A stretch of DNA of 64,000 bases from Macrostomum hystrix (lineage: Eukaryota > Animalia > Platyhelminthes), in the NCBI GenBank assembly GCA_950097015.1, contig CATNEN010000034.1, positions 1,054,001-1,118,000 of the forward strand, read 5' to 3'. Position numbers and translations under genes: made by a program. This document shows positions 13,490-25,738 of the stretch, in pieces. Below the pieces are notes generated by a model. The model did no database searches, was not told the origin of the DNA, and saw only the letters and a program-made list of their open reading frames with translations. The first letter of the stretch is position 1, and each line of letters opens with the position of its first letter.

Positions 13490-16245
13490 CTAGGTAACTA
13501 GGCAAATAGCATCTTTGGTAACTAGGCAAATAGCATCTTTGGTAACTAGGCAAATAGCATCCTTGGTAACTAGGCAAATGGCATCTTTGGTAACTAGGCA
13601 AATGGCATCTTTGGTAACTAGGCAAATGGCATCTTTGGTAACTAGGCAAATGGCATCTTTGGTAACTAGGCAAATGGCATCTTTGGTAACTAGGCAAATA
13701 GCATCTTTGGTAACTAGGCAAATAGCATCCTTGGTAACTAGGCAAATAGCATCTTTGGTAACTAGGCAAATGGCATCTTTGGTAACTAGGCAAATGGCAT
13801 CTTTGGTAACTAGGCAAATGGCATCTTTGGTAACTAGGCAAATGGCATCTTTGGTAACTAGGCAAATGGCATCTTTGGAAACTAGGTAAATGGCATCTTT
13901 GGTAACTAGGCAAATGGCATCTTTGGTAACTAGGCAAATGGCATCTTTGGTAACTAGGCAAATGGCATCTTTGGTAACTAGGCAAATGGCATCTTTGGTA
14001 ACTAGGCAAATGGCATCTTTGGTAACTAGGCAAATGGCATCTTTGGTAACTAGGCAAATGGCATCTTTGGAAACTAGGTAAATGGCATCTTTGGTAACTA
14101 GGCAAATGGCATCTTTGGAAACTAGGCAAATGGCATCTTTGGAAACTAGGCAAATGGCATCTTTGGAAACTAGGCAAATGGTATATTTGGTAGCTAGGCA
14201 AATGGCATCTTTGGAAACTAGGCAAATGGCATCTTTGGTAACTAGGCAAATAGCATCTTTGGTAACTAGGCAAATGGCATCTTTGGTAACTAGGTAAATG
14301 GCATCTTTGGTAACTAGGCAAATGGCATCTTTGGTAACTAGGCAAATGGCATCTTTGGTAACTAGGCAAATGGCATCTTTGGTAACTAGGCAAATGGCAT
14401 CTTTGGTAACTAGGCAAATGGCATCTTTGGTAACTAGGTAAATGGCATCTTTGGTAACTAGGCAAATGGCATCTTTGGAAACTAGGCAAATGGCATCTTT
14501 GGAAACTAGGCAAATGGCATCTTTGGAAACTAGGCAAATGGTATATTTGGTAGCTAGGCAAATGGCATCTTTGGAAACTAGGCAAATGGCATCTTTGGTA
14601 ACTAGGCAAATGGCATCTTTGGTAACTAGGCAAATGGCATCTTTGGTAACTAGGCAAATAGCATCTTTGGTAACTAGGCAAATAGCATCCTTGGTAACTA
14701 GGCAAATAGCATCTTTGGTAACTAGGCAAATGGCATCTTTGGTAACTAGGCAAATGGCATCTTTGGTAACTAGGCAAATGGCATCTTTGGTAACTAGGCA
14801 AATGGCATCTTTGGTAACTAGGCAAATGGCATCTTTGGAAACTAGGTAAATGGCATCTTTGGTAACTAGGCAAATGGCATCTTTGGTAACTAGGCAAATG
14901 GCATCTTTGGTAACTAGGCAAATGGCATCTTTGGTAACTAGGCAAATGGCATCTTTGGTAACTAGGCAAATGGCATCTTTGGTAACTAGGCAAATGGCAT
15001 CTTTGGTAACTAGGCAAATGGCATCTTTGGAAACTAGGTAAATGGCATCTTTGGTAACTAGGCAAATGGCATCTTTGGAAACTAGGCAAATGGCATCTTT
15101 GGAAACTAGGCAAATGGCATCTTTGGAAACTAGGCAAATGGTATATTTGGTAGCTAGGCAAATGGCATCTTTGGAAACTAGGCAAATGGCATCTTTGGTA
15201 ACTAGGCAAATAGCATCTTTGGTAACTAGGCAAATGGCATCTTTGGTAACTAGGTAAATGGTATCCTTGTTAACCAACTAGGCAAATGGCATCTTTGGTA
15301 ACTAGGTAAATGGTATCCTTGTTAACCAACTAGGCAAATGGCATCTTTGGTAACTAGGCAAATGGCATCTTTGGTAACTAGGCAAATGGCATCTTTGGTA
15401 ACTAGGTAAATGGCATCTTTGGTAACTAGGCAAATGGCATCTTTGGAAACTAGGCAAATGGCATCTTTGGAAACTAGGCAAATGGCATCTTTGGAAACTA
15501 GGCAAATGGTATATTTGGTAGCTAGGCAAATGGCATCTTTGGAAACTAGGCAAATGGCATCTTTGGTAACTAGGCAAATGGCATCTTTGGTAACTAGGCA
15601 AATGGCATCTTTGGAAACTAGGCAAATGGCATCTTTGGAAACTAGGCAAATGGCATCTTTGGAAACTAGGCAAATGGTATATTTGGTAGCTAGGCAAATG
15701 GCATCTTTGGAAACTAGGCAAATGGCATCTTTGGTAACTAGGCAAATGAATTCTTTGGAAACTAGGCAAATGGTATATTTGGTAGCTAGGCAAATGGCAT
15801 CTTTGGTAACTAGGCAAATGAATTCTTTGGAAACTAGGCAAATGGTATATTTGGTAGCTAGGCAAATGGCATCTTTGGAAACTAGGCAAATGGCATCTTT
15901 GGTAACTAGGCAAATGAATTCTTTGGAAACTAGGCAAATGGTATATTTGGTAGCTAGGCAAATGGCATCTTTGGTAACTAGGCAAATGAATTCTTTGGAA
16001 ACTAGGCAAATGGTATATTTGGTAGCTAGGCAAATGGCATCTTTGGTAACTAGGTAAATGGTATCCTTGTTAACCAACTAGGCAAATGGCATCTTTGGTA
16101 ACTAGGTAAATGGTATCCTTGTTAACCAACTAGGCAAATGGCATCTTTGGTAACTAGGTAAATGGTATCCTTGTTAACCAACTAGGTAAATGGTATCCTT
16201 GTTAACCAACTAGGTAAATGGCATCTTTGGTAGCTAGGCAAAATG
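13490..16245. repeat. 24-bp tandem array (~114 copies) with higher-order structure
   Basis: Unit TAACTAGGCAAATGGCATCTTTGG; block 13890-14297 recurs at 14850-15257 (960-bp offset). Confidence 0.98.
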
Positions 16246-16571
16246 GCAGCATGATAGTTAGTCAGCATCGTTGCTATAGAAACTATGCAGCTAGATTGGA
16301 TGGAGCGAGGCAGTGGCAGACAGTTTGCTGAGGGATGTTATATCTTTGTCTGAAAGTTTTAATTAGTCATCAAAAGGTATAAAAAATGATAGCAATTAAA
16401 ATAATCATTTCTAGTATGGTACTCAAAAATGTAATTAAAAAATATATTACACGTGAAAGTCGATATCAAGCAACACCAGAATTCATCTAGCACAGTTTGC
16501 CTTATATTAGTGTATATTTTCTGGTAAATATCGAAATTCCTTCTAAGGAATCAAAGGTAATCAAAGGTCAA

Positions 16572-17300
16572 CTCTCTATCTGATCCATGTCTAACAGGTC
16601 ACTCTCTATCTGATCCGTGTCTAACAGGTCACTCTCTGTCTGATCCGTGTCTAACAGGTCACTCTCTGTCTGATCCGTGTCTAACAGGTCACTCTCTGTC
16701 TGATCCGTGTCTAACAGGTCTCTCTCTGTCTGATCCGTGTCTAACAGGTCACTCTCTGTCTGATCCGTGTCTAACAGGTCACTCTCTGTCTGATCCGTGT
16801 CTAACAGGTCTCTCTCTGTCTGATCCGTGTCTAACAGGTCACTCTCTGTCTGATCCGTGTCTAACAGGTCACTCTCTGTCTGATCCGTGTCTAACAGGTC
16901 ACTCTCTGTCTGATCCGTGTCTAACAGGTCACTCTCTGTCTGATCCGTGTCTAACAGGTCACTCTCTGTCCGATCCGTGTCTAACAGGTCACTCTCTGTC
17001 TGATCCGTGTCTAACAGGTCACTCTCTGTCTGATCCGTGTCTAACAGGTCACTCTCTGTCTGATCCGTGTCTAACAGGTCACTCTCTGTCTGATCCGTGT
17101 CTAACAGGTCACTCTCTGTCTGATCCGTGTCTAACAGGTCACTCTCTGTCTGATCCGTGTCTAACAGGTCACTCTCTGTCTGATCCGTGTCTAACAGGTC
17201 ACTCTCTGTCTGATCCGTGTCTAACAGGTCACTCTCTGTCTGATCCGTGTCTAACAGGTCACTCTCTGTCTGATCCGTGTCTAACAGGTCACTCTCGTGT
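16572..17300. repeat. 30-bp tandem array (~24 copies)
   Basis: Unit AGGTCACTCTCTGTCTGATCCGTGTCTAAC, highly homogeneous. Confidence 0.98.
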
Positions 17301-17694
17301 CTAAGAGTTTAAAGTCTACGCATCTATGCAAATGTTTTTAGTGCATCTCAAATTTCTCAAAAAGTCAAAGCGGAAAACATCAACAGCTACAAGTTTAATT
17401 TAATCGTTCAGTTGGGTGCTGAAACTAATTAAGCAAATTGAAAGCAAAAAGGCCATGAAATATTCGGCAGTTTTTTCTGGTGCAACTGCTGATTTGAAGG
17501 CAATTACAAAGCCATCCGCATGTACCTCGGGAGGGGATAATTTTAAATCATCTGAGTCTCCCCCAGCTGTAATTCCAGCGAGACTTAGCGAAAGTAGCAA
17601 TCACCTGGATTTTAACTTCGCTTGTTTTTAAAGAGGTTAGACTAGAGCTTTGCATTAGATTACCGTTAGTAGCTCGTAAACATTCAGGATGAAT

Positions 17695-17912
17695 GAACTC
17701 ATACAGACACTGCTGATTCAGGGTGAGTGAACTCATACAGACACTGCTGATTCAGGGTGAGTGAACTCATACAGACACTGCTGATTCAGGGTGAGTGAAC
17801 TCATACAGACACTGCTGATTCAGGGTGAGTGAACTCATACAGACACTGCTGATTCAGGGTGAGTGAACTCATACAGACACTGCTGATTCAGGGTGAGTGA
17901 ACTCATACAGAG
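17695..17912. repeat. 34-bp tandem array (~6 copies)
   Basis: Unit GAACTCATACAGACACTGCTGATTCAGGGTGAGT. Confidence 0.97.
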
Positions 17913-18409
17913 CTCATGGTTCCTGGGCATAACAGCAAGCTGTGCTTCGTGCACTTTTGCTGAAAGAGTAATGCTTCTGCCTGACAGGCTTGCAGCCTAG
18001 GAACCCAGTAATTTTTCTCTTGTGATATTTGATTTGTGTGCATTTATTGGCTGCGGAATTGCTTGCTTTCTGTCTAATTCCATTCTATAAAATAATGCTG
18101 TGAAGCATGCAATGGTGTCCAGTTATTTTTTTACCAAAGTTACCGGTGAGCAGCAGCTGCGCAGCTCGATCAACTGATCCACCACTGATTGTGCGGTGTG
18201 CAAAGTCAAGCGAAGGCTAGTTAATTGCCTGGTTTTTATGACAGGCCACTGTAATTTAGTCATTGCGCCAATCAAAACATCTGTCATATCCGATCTGAGT
18301 AATAATTAATTAAGCCATTTTTGCGTAATTGCACCTTATTTTGCTAATAAGATTTGACTGCCGCTCCAAAAAATTCTATTTGAACTGCAAAAATATAACC
18401 GCTGTAGGA

Positions 18410-19345
18410 GCTGTGATTCAGGACGTGGGATAACAGCTGTGATTCAGGATGTGGGATAATAGCTATGATTCAGGACGTGGGATAACAGCTGTGATTCAGG
18501 ATGTGGGATAATAGCTATGATTCAGGACGTGGGATAATAGCTATGATTCAGGACGTGGGATAATAGCTGAGATTCAGGATGTGGGATAATAGCTATGATT
18601 CAGGATGTGGGATAACAGTTGAGATTCAGGATGTGGGATAACAGTTGAGATTCAGGATGTGGGATAACAGTTGAGATTCAGGATGTGGGATAACAGTTAA
18701 GATTCAGGATGTGGGATAACAGTTGAGATTCAGGATGTGGGATAACAGTTGAGATTCAGGATGTGGGATAACAGTTGAGATTCAGGATGTGGGATAACAG
18801 TTGAGATTCAGGATGTGGGATAACAGCTATGATTCAGGATGTGGGATAACAGTTGAGATTCAGGATGTGGGATAACAGTTGAGATTCAGGATGTGGGATA
18901 ATAGCTATGATTCAGGATGTGGGATAACAGTTGAGATTCAGGATGTGGGATAACAGTTGAGATTCAGGATGTGGGATAATAGCTATGATTCAGGATGTGG
19001 GATAACAGTTGAGATTCAGGATGTGGGATAACCGCTGAGATTCAGGATGTGGGATAACAGTTGAGATTCAGGATGTGGGATAACAGTTGAGATTCAGGAT
19101 GTGGGATAACCGCTGAGATTCAGGATGTGGGATAACAGTTGAGATTCAGGATGTGGGATAACCGCTGAGATTCAGGATGTGGGATAACAGTTGAGATTCA
19201 GGATGTGGGATAACAGTTGAGATTCAGGATGTGGGATAACAGTTGAGATTCAGGATGTGGGATAACCGCTGAGATTCAGGATGTGGGATAACAGTTGAGA
19301 TTCAGGATGTGGGATAACCGCTGAGATTCAGGATGTGGGATAACA
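18410..19345. repeat. 26-bp tandem array (~36 copies)
   Basis: Unit GATTCAGGATGTGGGATAACAGTTGA. Confidence 0.97.
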
Positions 19346-20149
19346 TTATTTAGAGCTGTGTTTGTTGCTCTTATTAGTAAATTTGAAAAATCACAAGTAA
19401 TTTAAATTTCGTTTTACTGCTGTCGATAATAGTGAGTAATAATTGTTATTGCTTTTTGCTTTTAAATACATATTTGCTATTGATAACTTTTTTGGTACGG
19501 AAAATTTTTGAATTCGAAAAATATTTTTTTGGTCGATTGCTATTGTTAAAACCAGATTAATAATCGTATTTTCTAGGTATTGAAATTCTTTAATTTCCAT
19601 GTCATTTGTCAATTGGTAAAATTATCCATACATTTAATTGGGCCTATCATATCTATATTTGTATACATTTATATTTCTAGCTTGACGAATTCTCATAGAA
19701 TCATTCAAAATCTGTATGTTTTTCAACAGGCTTGTCCCTTTCAGTATTTTTCTTATTTTTTCCCGGTACCAAGCTTAACCCTAAGTACGATAAATATACC
19801 TAGCTATAAAAATCTCCTATTGTCTAATACCTAGACCAACAAACGTATGCGGTGTATACGATGAAGTACTGACATTTTTATGCCTGGATCAAATGCTGCT
19901 CAATTTTCTGCCTGGTATTCATGTTGGTATAAATGGTGGGTGTGAAGGATTTGATTGTGAAGTATTGGGATCAGTGAAGGATTGTGTGGATTTTGCAACT
20001 GTAAACGCGGTAGTTCTGTATTTTTTCAATGTTGAAGCTCTTAAGGAAAATCGTGTATATAGAAGCTAATTCGCACCATTCGCTATTAGGAAGGAACCAG
20101 AGCATCAGAACATCAGAACATCAGAACAGAAGAGCAAATATATGTTCTG

Positions 20150-20640
20150 TAGTCTCGCGCTCTGTGGTCTACAGGTCGTCGCAGTCGCCGCAGACACGCG
20201 CAGCGTTCGACTCTTGGAGTAGGTCGAGGGCTTGATCACAGGGACCACGGGATCGTTAAAGTCAGTTGGCTCCCAGACCTCCATTCCTGATGCCCTCATT
20301 GTAGGCGTGCTTCAGCTAGGTCCTCGCGGATGGTGAAGGGAACAGGCCTGGCTTTCCGAAATACAGGCTTTGCATCCACGTTGAACTACAACTCCAACTC
20401 TTTAAGACAGCCCAGCTCGTCTTTCCACAGGTCTGGAAATTCGTTGCAAAGAGAAGGTGCAGAATCAGGCCACATTTCGGAAGTATAGAGTTCGGAAACG
20501 GAGTAAAGCTTGTTGGTGTAGCAGTCGCCAGCGGGAAGGCATGGCCGCAGCCGCAGAATTGCCTGCAGTTTAAAGGTCCAGCGACTTAATGAGGTCCAGC
20601 GTCATCTGGCCGTCGGTGTCCCGCCGTAGTTGAAGTTAAG
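20150..20640 (-). pseudogene. Decayed Ty3/gypsy pol fragment (protease-RT linker and start of RT)
   Basis: Minus strand reads CNEFPDLWKDELGCLKELEL*FNVDAKPVFRKARPVPFTIREDLAEA, then after frameshifts VWEPTDFND-PVVPVIK...LRVCGD, matching the typical gypsy LGCLK...KPVF.K.RPVPF...PVVP..K...LRVCGDY pattern; contains stops and frameshifts. Confidence 0.82.
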
Positions 20641-21060
20641 GTAATTGAAGAAGTTCAATTACTTCTGGAACACTGTTGTAACTTGGTGGCAGATCTTGCA
20701 GCAGGATCGATCCGTCATATCAGATATCCGGCGCGATCTTAACAAAATCTCGCCAAATCCTGCCTGATCAGCTATGCATTTTAATACGCCAGATCTTGTA
20801 AGCTCTTGCACGAACATAAGTAGAACCCTAAGTCCGATCTTGTAAAAATGTTGCAATTCATTGCCACAGGTAGGCGCGGCGTAGGCCAAACTTAATTCAG
20901 ATGCAGCACAAGTGAGTACATTCAAGAAGACCAAAAGTTGACAAAAACTTTGACAAACTTTGACAAAAGTAAGCACAAATATATTAATTCAGTCTGAAAT
21001 CCCAATATTTTCATTCTTCAGGCGTTCTATTACACGACACTCAAAAGACAAAATGTAATA

Positions 21061-22265
21061 TACCTTTTCCACTCCAAGTCTGTCACAAGTAACTTCAAAT
21101 CTGCCATCTCAGTCGCATTGAGAAACGGAGAATACACGGGTAGAAAACGTATGGTTTGGTCTTCCCTTTGCATCGGAGGTACGTTGGTGTGGGCTCTCGC
21201 ATTGTCCGCCACCATCACGAATGGTGCGTCAACAAGTACAGACACCTCCGAGCAGAATGCAGTGAAGCGTTCTTCTGTGAAGCCACCAACGTGGCATGCA
21301 TAGTGAACCAACCCAAGCTGCGGACTCACTGCGAGAACGACGGTGACATTGGGACCGCGCTGACCATCGGTGATTCGCACAGCACGATCGCCAGCAGCTG
21401 ACCAGCCTTTAGACCGCGAAGTCCACAAGTTAAAGCCACATTCATCGACGTATATCAGATGCTCTTGAAGATGACCCTCATTCATCATCCATTGCATGTA
21501 CATCGCTCGCGCATCCTTGGTGCCTGGCGCATTCCAGCCCGCGTGCACATGCCTGACGTCCTTTAAGGTTATCAGAGTACCGTCTAGCTTCTTGCTCAGG
21601 CATTGAGTAGAAACAGCGGGTGCGTCGGGAAATTCAACAGTCAGCCTTTCTCGCATTTCACTCAATGTGATGGTCGGCTTCTCAGCAACATACCGGTGAA
21701 GTGCTTGAAGCATCTGTTCACTTACTTTCACGTGTCTAGCCCCTCCTCTTGCTCTGTATTCTGTCCGGTTTTCCTCTAGATAGCGCTTTAGGATCAAGTT
21801 TGCGGTGGTCCTTTTGATTCCGAGGTCAATGGCCAGTCTCCTCCAGTCCCGTCCAGTGTGTAGCTGTTAACCAGGCGCTGCCTGTCTATTAAGCATATTC
21901 TTGCATAGGGCATGGTGGGTAAGGAAAGAAAAAATGGTTGTGAACTCGCGTTGCTGTCAACATATATATCTCTGACAGATTTGAACTTACTTGTGACAGA
22001 ATTTATATGTAAGATTGCCATAGACAAATAAGTTTCACTGTTAAAATCTGGGTCTGTCTATAAAGAAGTTTTCTAGTCTTTACTGCTTTGATTCCAACTC
22101 CCTATCTGTTCAGTGGACAGATTTGAAGTTACTTTTGACAGAATTGATCTGAGCTTTAACCATAGACTCTTAAGTTGGCGCTCGGCTTGCGAGCTGAATG
22201 TATGCCTTTCTGCTATCTATGGCAGATTTGAAGTTACTTGTGACAGACTTGGAGTGGAAAAGGTA
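21061..22265 (-). mobile_element. IS630-Tc1-mariner DNA transposon, internally deleted
   Basis: Perfect 52-bp inverted repeat at 21056-21107 and 22219-22270, with flanking TA at 21059-21060 and 22266-22267; three ~30-bp direct repeats (GRCAGATTTGAASTTACTTKTGACAGA) at ~21974, ~22116 and ~22221; encloses a transposase. Confidence 0.9.
21108..21913 (-). pseudogene. DDE transposase (IS630/Tc1 type), frameshifted and C-terminally truncated
   Basis: ATG at 21913 (MPYARICLIDRQRLVNSY); adding one G at 21848-21850 restores DWRRLAIDLGIKRTTANLILKRY. Catalytic motifs IYVDECGF, VADNARAH and FLPVYSPFLNATE are present; the coding sequence joins the TIR directly after the catalytic Glu. Confidence 0.88.
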
Positions 22266-23003
22266 TATTAAGAACTCGTTTTCTCCGTTATTATTTTAAA
22301 CAAAAGGCATACAGGTAAAGCTCAAGTCAAAGCACCATATACCAAGAAAGATGACTATGTGCATGAGGTTGAATTAACCCTAGACTTATGCTGGAATTTA
22401 TTTTATTTGACACTCATTTTTAAGCGAAAATCGTTTACCTTCATTTAAAATCAGTCATATCTAGAATCTAGTTAAGATGATCTAGAATCTAGTTAGCTGG
22501 CTGTTTACATCATTCATTCATTGTTAATGTTTACTTTTATGTATCAATTAAAAGCATATTTTTTGCTTAGAGGAGTTTATTTTAGCACCATATTTTTATA
22601 TAATTTATATTTTTGTAAAGACACAAAACATACCTTTTAAGGGGTACACAATTTACCTTTTGTATTTAAAATGTACATAATGGGCCTATAAAACTTTTGT
22701 TTTACTCTATTTAAAATTTTAAATAGCCAGATAGTAAGCCTATAATGATATGATTTTTATTAATGATAATGTCTTTGACCACTCATTGTCATTGTTTTCT
22801 TGTCATAGTTTTAAGTAAGATATATATTTTCTATTTGGTATTCTATAATACTATAGTTTAGCCTATACTAACTCACATTAGTTAAAAGGCTTTGGATTGT
22901 TTCTCAATATTAGGTCTTTACTTAAAGTAAAATAGGCTGAACTGAATTTAGATTTTTAAATATATAAAAAATTCATAAATGTTTTGAAAGATATAAAGTC
23001 TCA

Positions 23004-23392
23004 GCAATCCTCTAGTTTTGCATGTTAAATTATTTTACAAAATATTATGATTTTCTTAGTTATTGGTATACATACCATATACAGCAAGTAAATCATTGAA
23101 ATCTGTGAGTTTTTTATGATATGGTAGTGCATGGCTATGTATATGACCAAAACTAAAGTAAAAGGAGAAAGGTTGGGGGAAAATGAAAAAAAAGATTTCA
23201 TTCCCACCTTGTTGGCTATTGGCTAATAGCTCTTACCTTGTTACCATCTGGCAAAATTCTTTTCTGGGTGGCATACTACTATGCCATCTGAGTGCACCAC
23301 TGATTGGCTTGTTAGATCATAGATGTCTGTTAGTCATTGATTATATATTTTAATATAAAGAAGTTGTTGATTGTGCAAAACTAGAGGATTGC
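23004..23392. repeat. Perfect 19-bp inverted repeat around ~350 bp of AT-rich DNA (possible MITE remnant)
   Basis: GCAATCCTCTAGTTTTGCA at 23004-23022 and TGCAAAACTAGAGGATTGC at 23374-23392; no clear target-site duplication. Confidence 0.5.
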
Positions 23393-23935
23393 CTAATTTT
23401 TACTTATGTTAGATTTGCATGATTCATTATTGCTTTATTTTTGTTATTAAAAAGCCGAATGTATTAATGAATATATATCCAATATATCGAATATATCTAG
23501 ATAGTGGCATGATACATTCCATAATCTGTTATGGCAGGTAGAATCCTTAACAATAGCTGATCACAAGACTCTATTATGATCCAAATCTATATCAATTTTT
23601 CCAAATCCCCACCATCACACTAAATAAACTAGCACCCCAATACCTCCACCAATCATCCCAAATCCCTTCACTATCATCCCAATCCCTTCACAAATCTTCC
23701 CAAACCCCTTCACCATCATCCCAAGCCTTAAAACCAATCACCCAATCCAACTATCATTCCAATGCCTCCACCAATCACCCCAATCCTCTAACCATCATAC
23801 CAATGCTTCAAATATCATCTTGATTCCTGTAGTTGCATTACCTACCAATCTAACTTCGCATGAAATCAGGTCCATAAGAATATCCCATCCTATCATGCCA
23901 GTGCATTTTCTCAATCCTGGCGTTTACAGTCAGCC

Positions 23936-25030
23936 ATGGCTGAGCAGCGGCACCAACTCTTGTCGGTGGCAGCCGCCGGACTGGCTGGCCTGACGGCTGG
24001 CCCACTAATCGAGCGCCTAATCCGTTTTGTCTTCCGACGCCTCAAATGGAGCCAACTTAAGCGCCGTTGCCTCCGCCAATTCGACGTGGCCTTTTTCTCA
24101 GGCGGCAGCCTGACGCCGCCGTGCCAAGCTGCTGGTCGCGCCCTAGTCAGCGGCGCTGCCGCCGCCAATGCTGCCGCCGGCGACGCAGACGCAGCCGCCT
24201 ACTGTCCATCGCCGTCAGCTTGCCAGCTGAGTCACAGCGCCGGGCATCCGTATTTCCAACTGATCCGTCAGCTGTTGGTCGCTGAGTGCAGTCTCGACGT
24301 GTGCATGTACACTTTGAGCAGTCCTGAGTTGGCCAACTTGCTTATTGCTTTGAATCGGCGAAAGCCAAAGTCTGTTCGAGTGAGTCGCTTAGGGAGCTCA
24401 CATAGTTCTTGTGAATGCTTGAATCATGATTTAGTCTGATTTCTTGTTGTAATCCTTTTGTAAATGAGTTGCAATTGTGATACTGGAATTATAACCTATG
24501 CGAACAATAGTTTTTAGATGATTATTTAATGGCTTAGGAAAGTTCGGGATTTGTATAAGATATGGGCTCTAGATTTTTTATTTTATGTTTGGTATTACTG
24601 GACCCACTAGAATCCCAGTTTAATGGGATTCGGGTTTGGGATTATTAGACTGACTGGAATCCCAATTTTAGAGGATTAATTGTGGGATTAGGGAGCGCAC
24701 TATTCAATTGTCAACATTCCTAAATCCCAGTTGATCCCAATCCACACCTAGGTTCGCATAATCTGTGACTCTGAGCAGCTGCACAGTCCGGGCAGCGCCA
24801 TCGCTAAGCTCCGCTCATCCGGTGTACCAGTCCGGGCCGATTCAACCTCGTATTTCATGCATCACAAATTCTGCATTATCGATTCCCGGTTGGTGCTGAC
24901 CGGCAGTCTGAATTGGACTGCCCAGGGCACCCTCGGCAACTGGGAGAATGTGGTGGCCCTGGACGATGCCGATGTTGTTGCCAAGTTTAGCCAAGAATTT
25001 AAATGCCTTTGGAATGAATTTTCACATTGA
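23936..25030 (+). CDS. PLD6: PLD6/MitoPLD/Zucchini-family nuclease-phospholipase, 2 exons (23936-24379, 24752-25030), 240 aa
   Basis: N-terminal hydrophobic anchor; CPSPSACQLSH zinc-wing-like motif; SLDVCMYTLS; a GT-AG phase-0 intron joins KSVR|VRIICD; single HKD motif MHHKFCIID followed by TGSLNWT and GNWEN. Confidence 0.93.
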
Positions 25031-25126
25031 AGGCGTTTCTTGTATCATTTCTCTTCTATCTGTGCATTTACTTGTTACTTATTCAAATAATCAAGTAATA
25101 ATCAATGGAACAGAGACACTAGACCA

Positions 25127-25200
25127 CGCCCTAAATGAATGTGGCCTCGCCGCGGAATCGAGCTTAGGGACCTCAGTGCGAGACACAAACGCGTTGACCG
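25127..25200 (-). mobile_element. tRNA-derived SINE, 5' fragment (copy 3)
   Basis: Reverse complement reads AACGCGTTTGTGTCTCGCACTGAGGTCCCTAAGCTCGATTCCGCGGCGAGGCCACATTCATTT (B-box-like). Confidence 0.72.
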
Positions 25201-25738
25201 TATTATCCATTTTTGGATAACGACAGCATTCGTTATAATTAAAAGCAGTGAAGATTCAAAGATGATTCAAACTATTCGAAAAAAGTGTTTTGAGCACTGT
25301 CACAGTGTATTAAAAGCGCATTAAAGGTGGTAGGTACAGTGTAGTAGGTGGGGTTAAACCACTTTACACGACACGCCTACAACACTGTGTAAAACGGTCA
25401 TATTAGTCTTACATTAATAAAATGATGATTCAGCATTTTTAGCTATAATCATTTCTAACTATTTTTACGGTGTTAAAAATACACTGCCATAGCATGAAAA
25501 CTTGCATAGTTAATTTGTCATACTCTTGCATGTCGAAATGAGTTAATCTATTGTAATATTTTGGCAAATAGATAACTTATTAACCAATAGCCTATTTGCA
25601 TATCATAAACATAACACAACGCTTGCATTTTGTCAATACTGTCTTGCTAGACTTCCCTACTGTAGTTTTAAGTGCATTAGAATTGCTGTTTGAAAGTGAA
25701 AGAAAAAAATTGACTCAATTTCAGCCACTCTGTCCGAA

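Noticed and set aside
13383-16077. Long ORFs of 595-616 aa and 215-251 aa
   Set aside because: They are translations of the 24-bp tandem array in several frames and both strands, with no unique sequence.
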